A stretch of 63,807 nucleotides of DNA, the filler included, from Chiloscyllium plagiosum (taxonomy: Eukaryota): the NCBI RefSeq assembly GCF_004010195.1. It is 9 parts of one record of this genome, joined end to end, with 100 filler letters (N's around TTAATTAATTAA, not from the genome) between each part and the next. Parts side by side here need not be neighbours in the genome. Positions count along the whole stretch, not along the records: positions 62,022 to 63,807 come from NC_057710.1; 8 more parts are not named here. One strand, written 5' to 3'. The position numbers and the translations under genes are program-made. Positions within the stretch are counted from its first letter, which is position 1. Every line of letters begins with the position of its first letter. The notes beneath the pieces were generated by a model that searched no databases, was not told the DNA's origin, and was given only the letters and a program-made list of their open reading frames with translations. Below, piece by piece: positions 63,549 through 63,807 of this stretch.

Positions 63549-63807
63549 GTGTGGGTTTAATTGAGGTTCAAGTGCTCTGCGCTGTATTGGGGTTCGATCC
63601 CCTGGGTGGGTTTAATTGAGGTTTGAGTCCTCCGTGCAGTATTGGGATTGGGTCCTCTGTGCACTATTGGGGTACGAGTCCCCTGGCTCGGTGTAATTGA
63701 TGATCGAGCCCTCCACGCTGTGTTGGGGTTCAAGTCCCCTGTGTGGGTTTAATTGAGTTTCGAGGCCTCTGTGCAGTATTGGGGTTCGAGTCCCCTGGGT
63801 GGGTTTA
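63549..63807. repeat. Diverged tandem repeat, ~55-bp period built from ~26-29-bp subunits
   Basis: Recurring GTGGGTTTAATTGAG and TATTGGGGTTCGAGTCCCCTG. Confidence 0.8.

Overview
Vertebrate (cartilaginous fish, almost certainly shark) genomic DNA from a gapped draft assembly; contigs are joined by N-padded TTAATTAATTAA linkers. Most of the window is decayed retroelements: several CR1 LINE subfamilies, a second CR1/L2-type LINE, Rex1/Babar, Tx1/L1, Penelope-like elements, tRNA-derived HE1-type SINEs and two Gypsy elements. The main feature is an ~8.4 kb minus-strand class I (gamma/epsilon-like, HERV-I-resembling) endogenous retrovirus at 29805-38241. It has two LTRs (8 mismatches in 485 bp), a tRNA-Pro PBS, gag, an amber readthrough pseudoknot, pro-pol, an env with ISD/CX6CC but no membrane anchor, and a PPT. 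It sits inside a Tx1 LINE. About 15 short Penelope termini carry minimal hammerhead-ribozyme motifs. Plus-strand host exons look like an ADAM metalloprotease prodomain plus two paralogous transmembrane exons, with no catalytic or disintegrin exons visible. All family assignments come from motif recognition by eye, not database searches, and the boundaries of decayed repeats are approximate.
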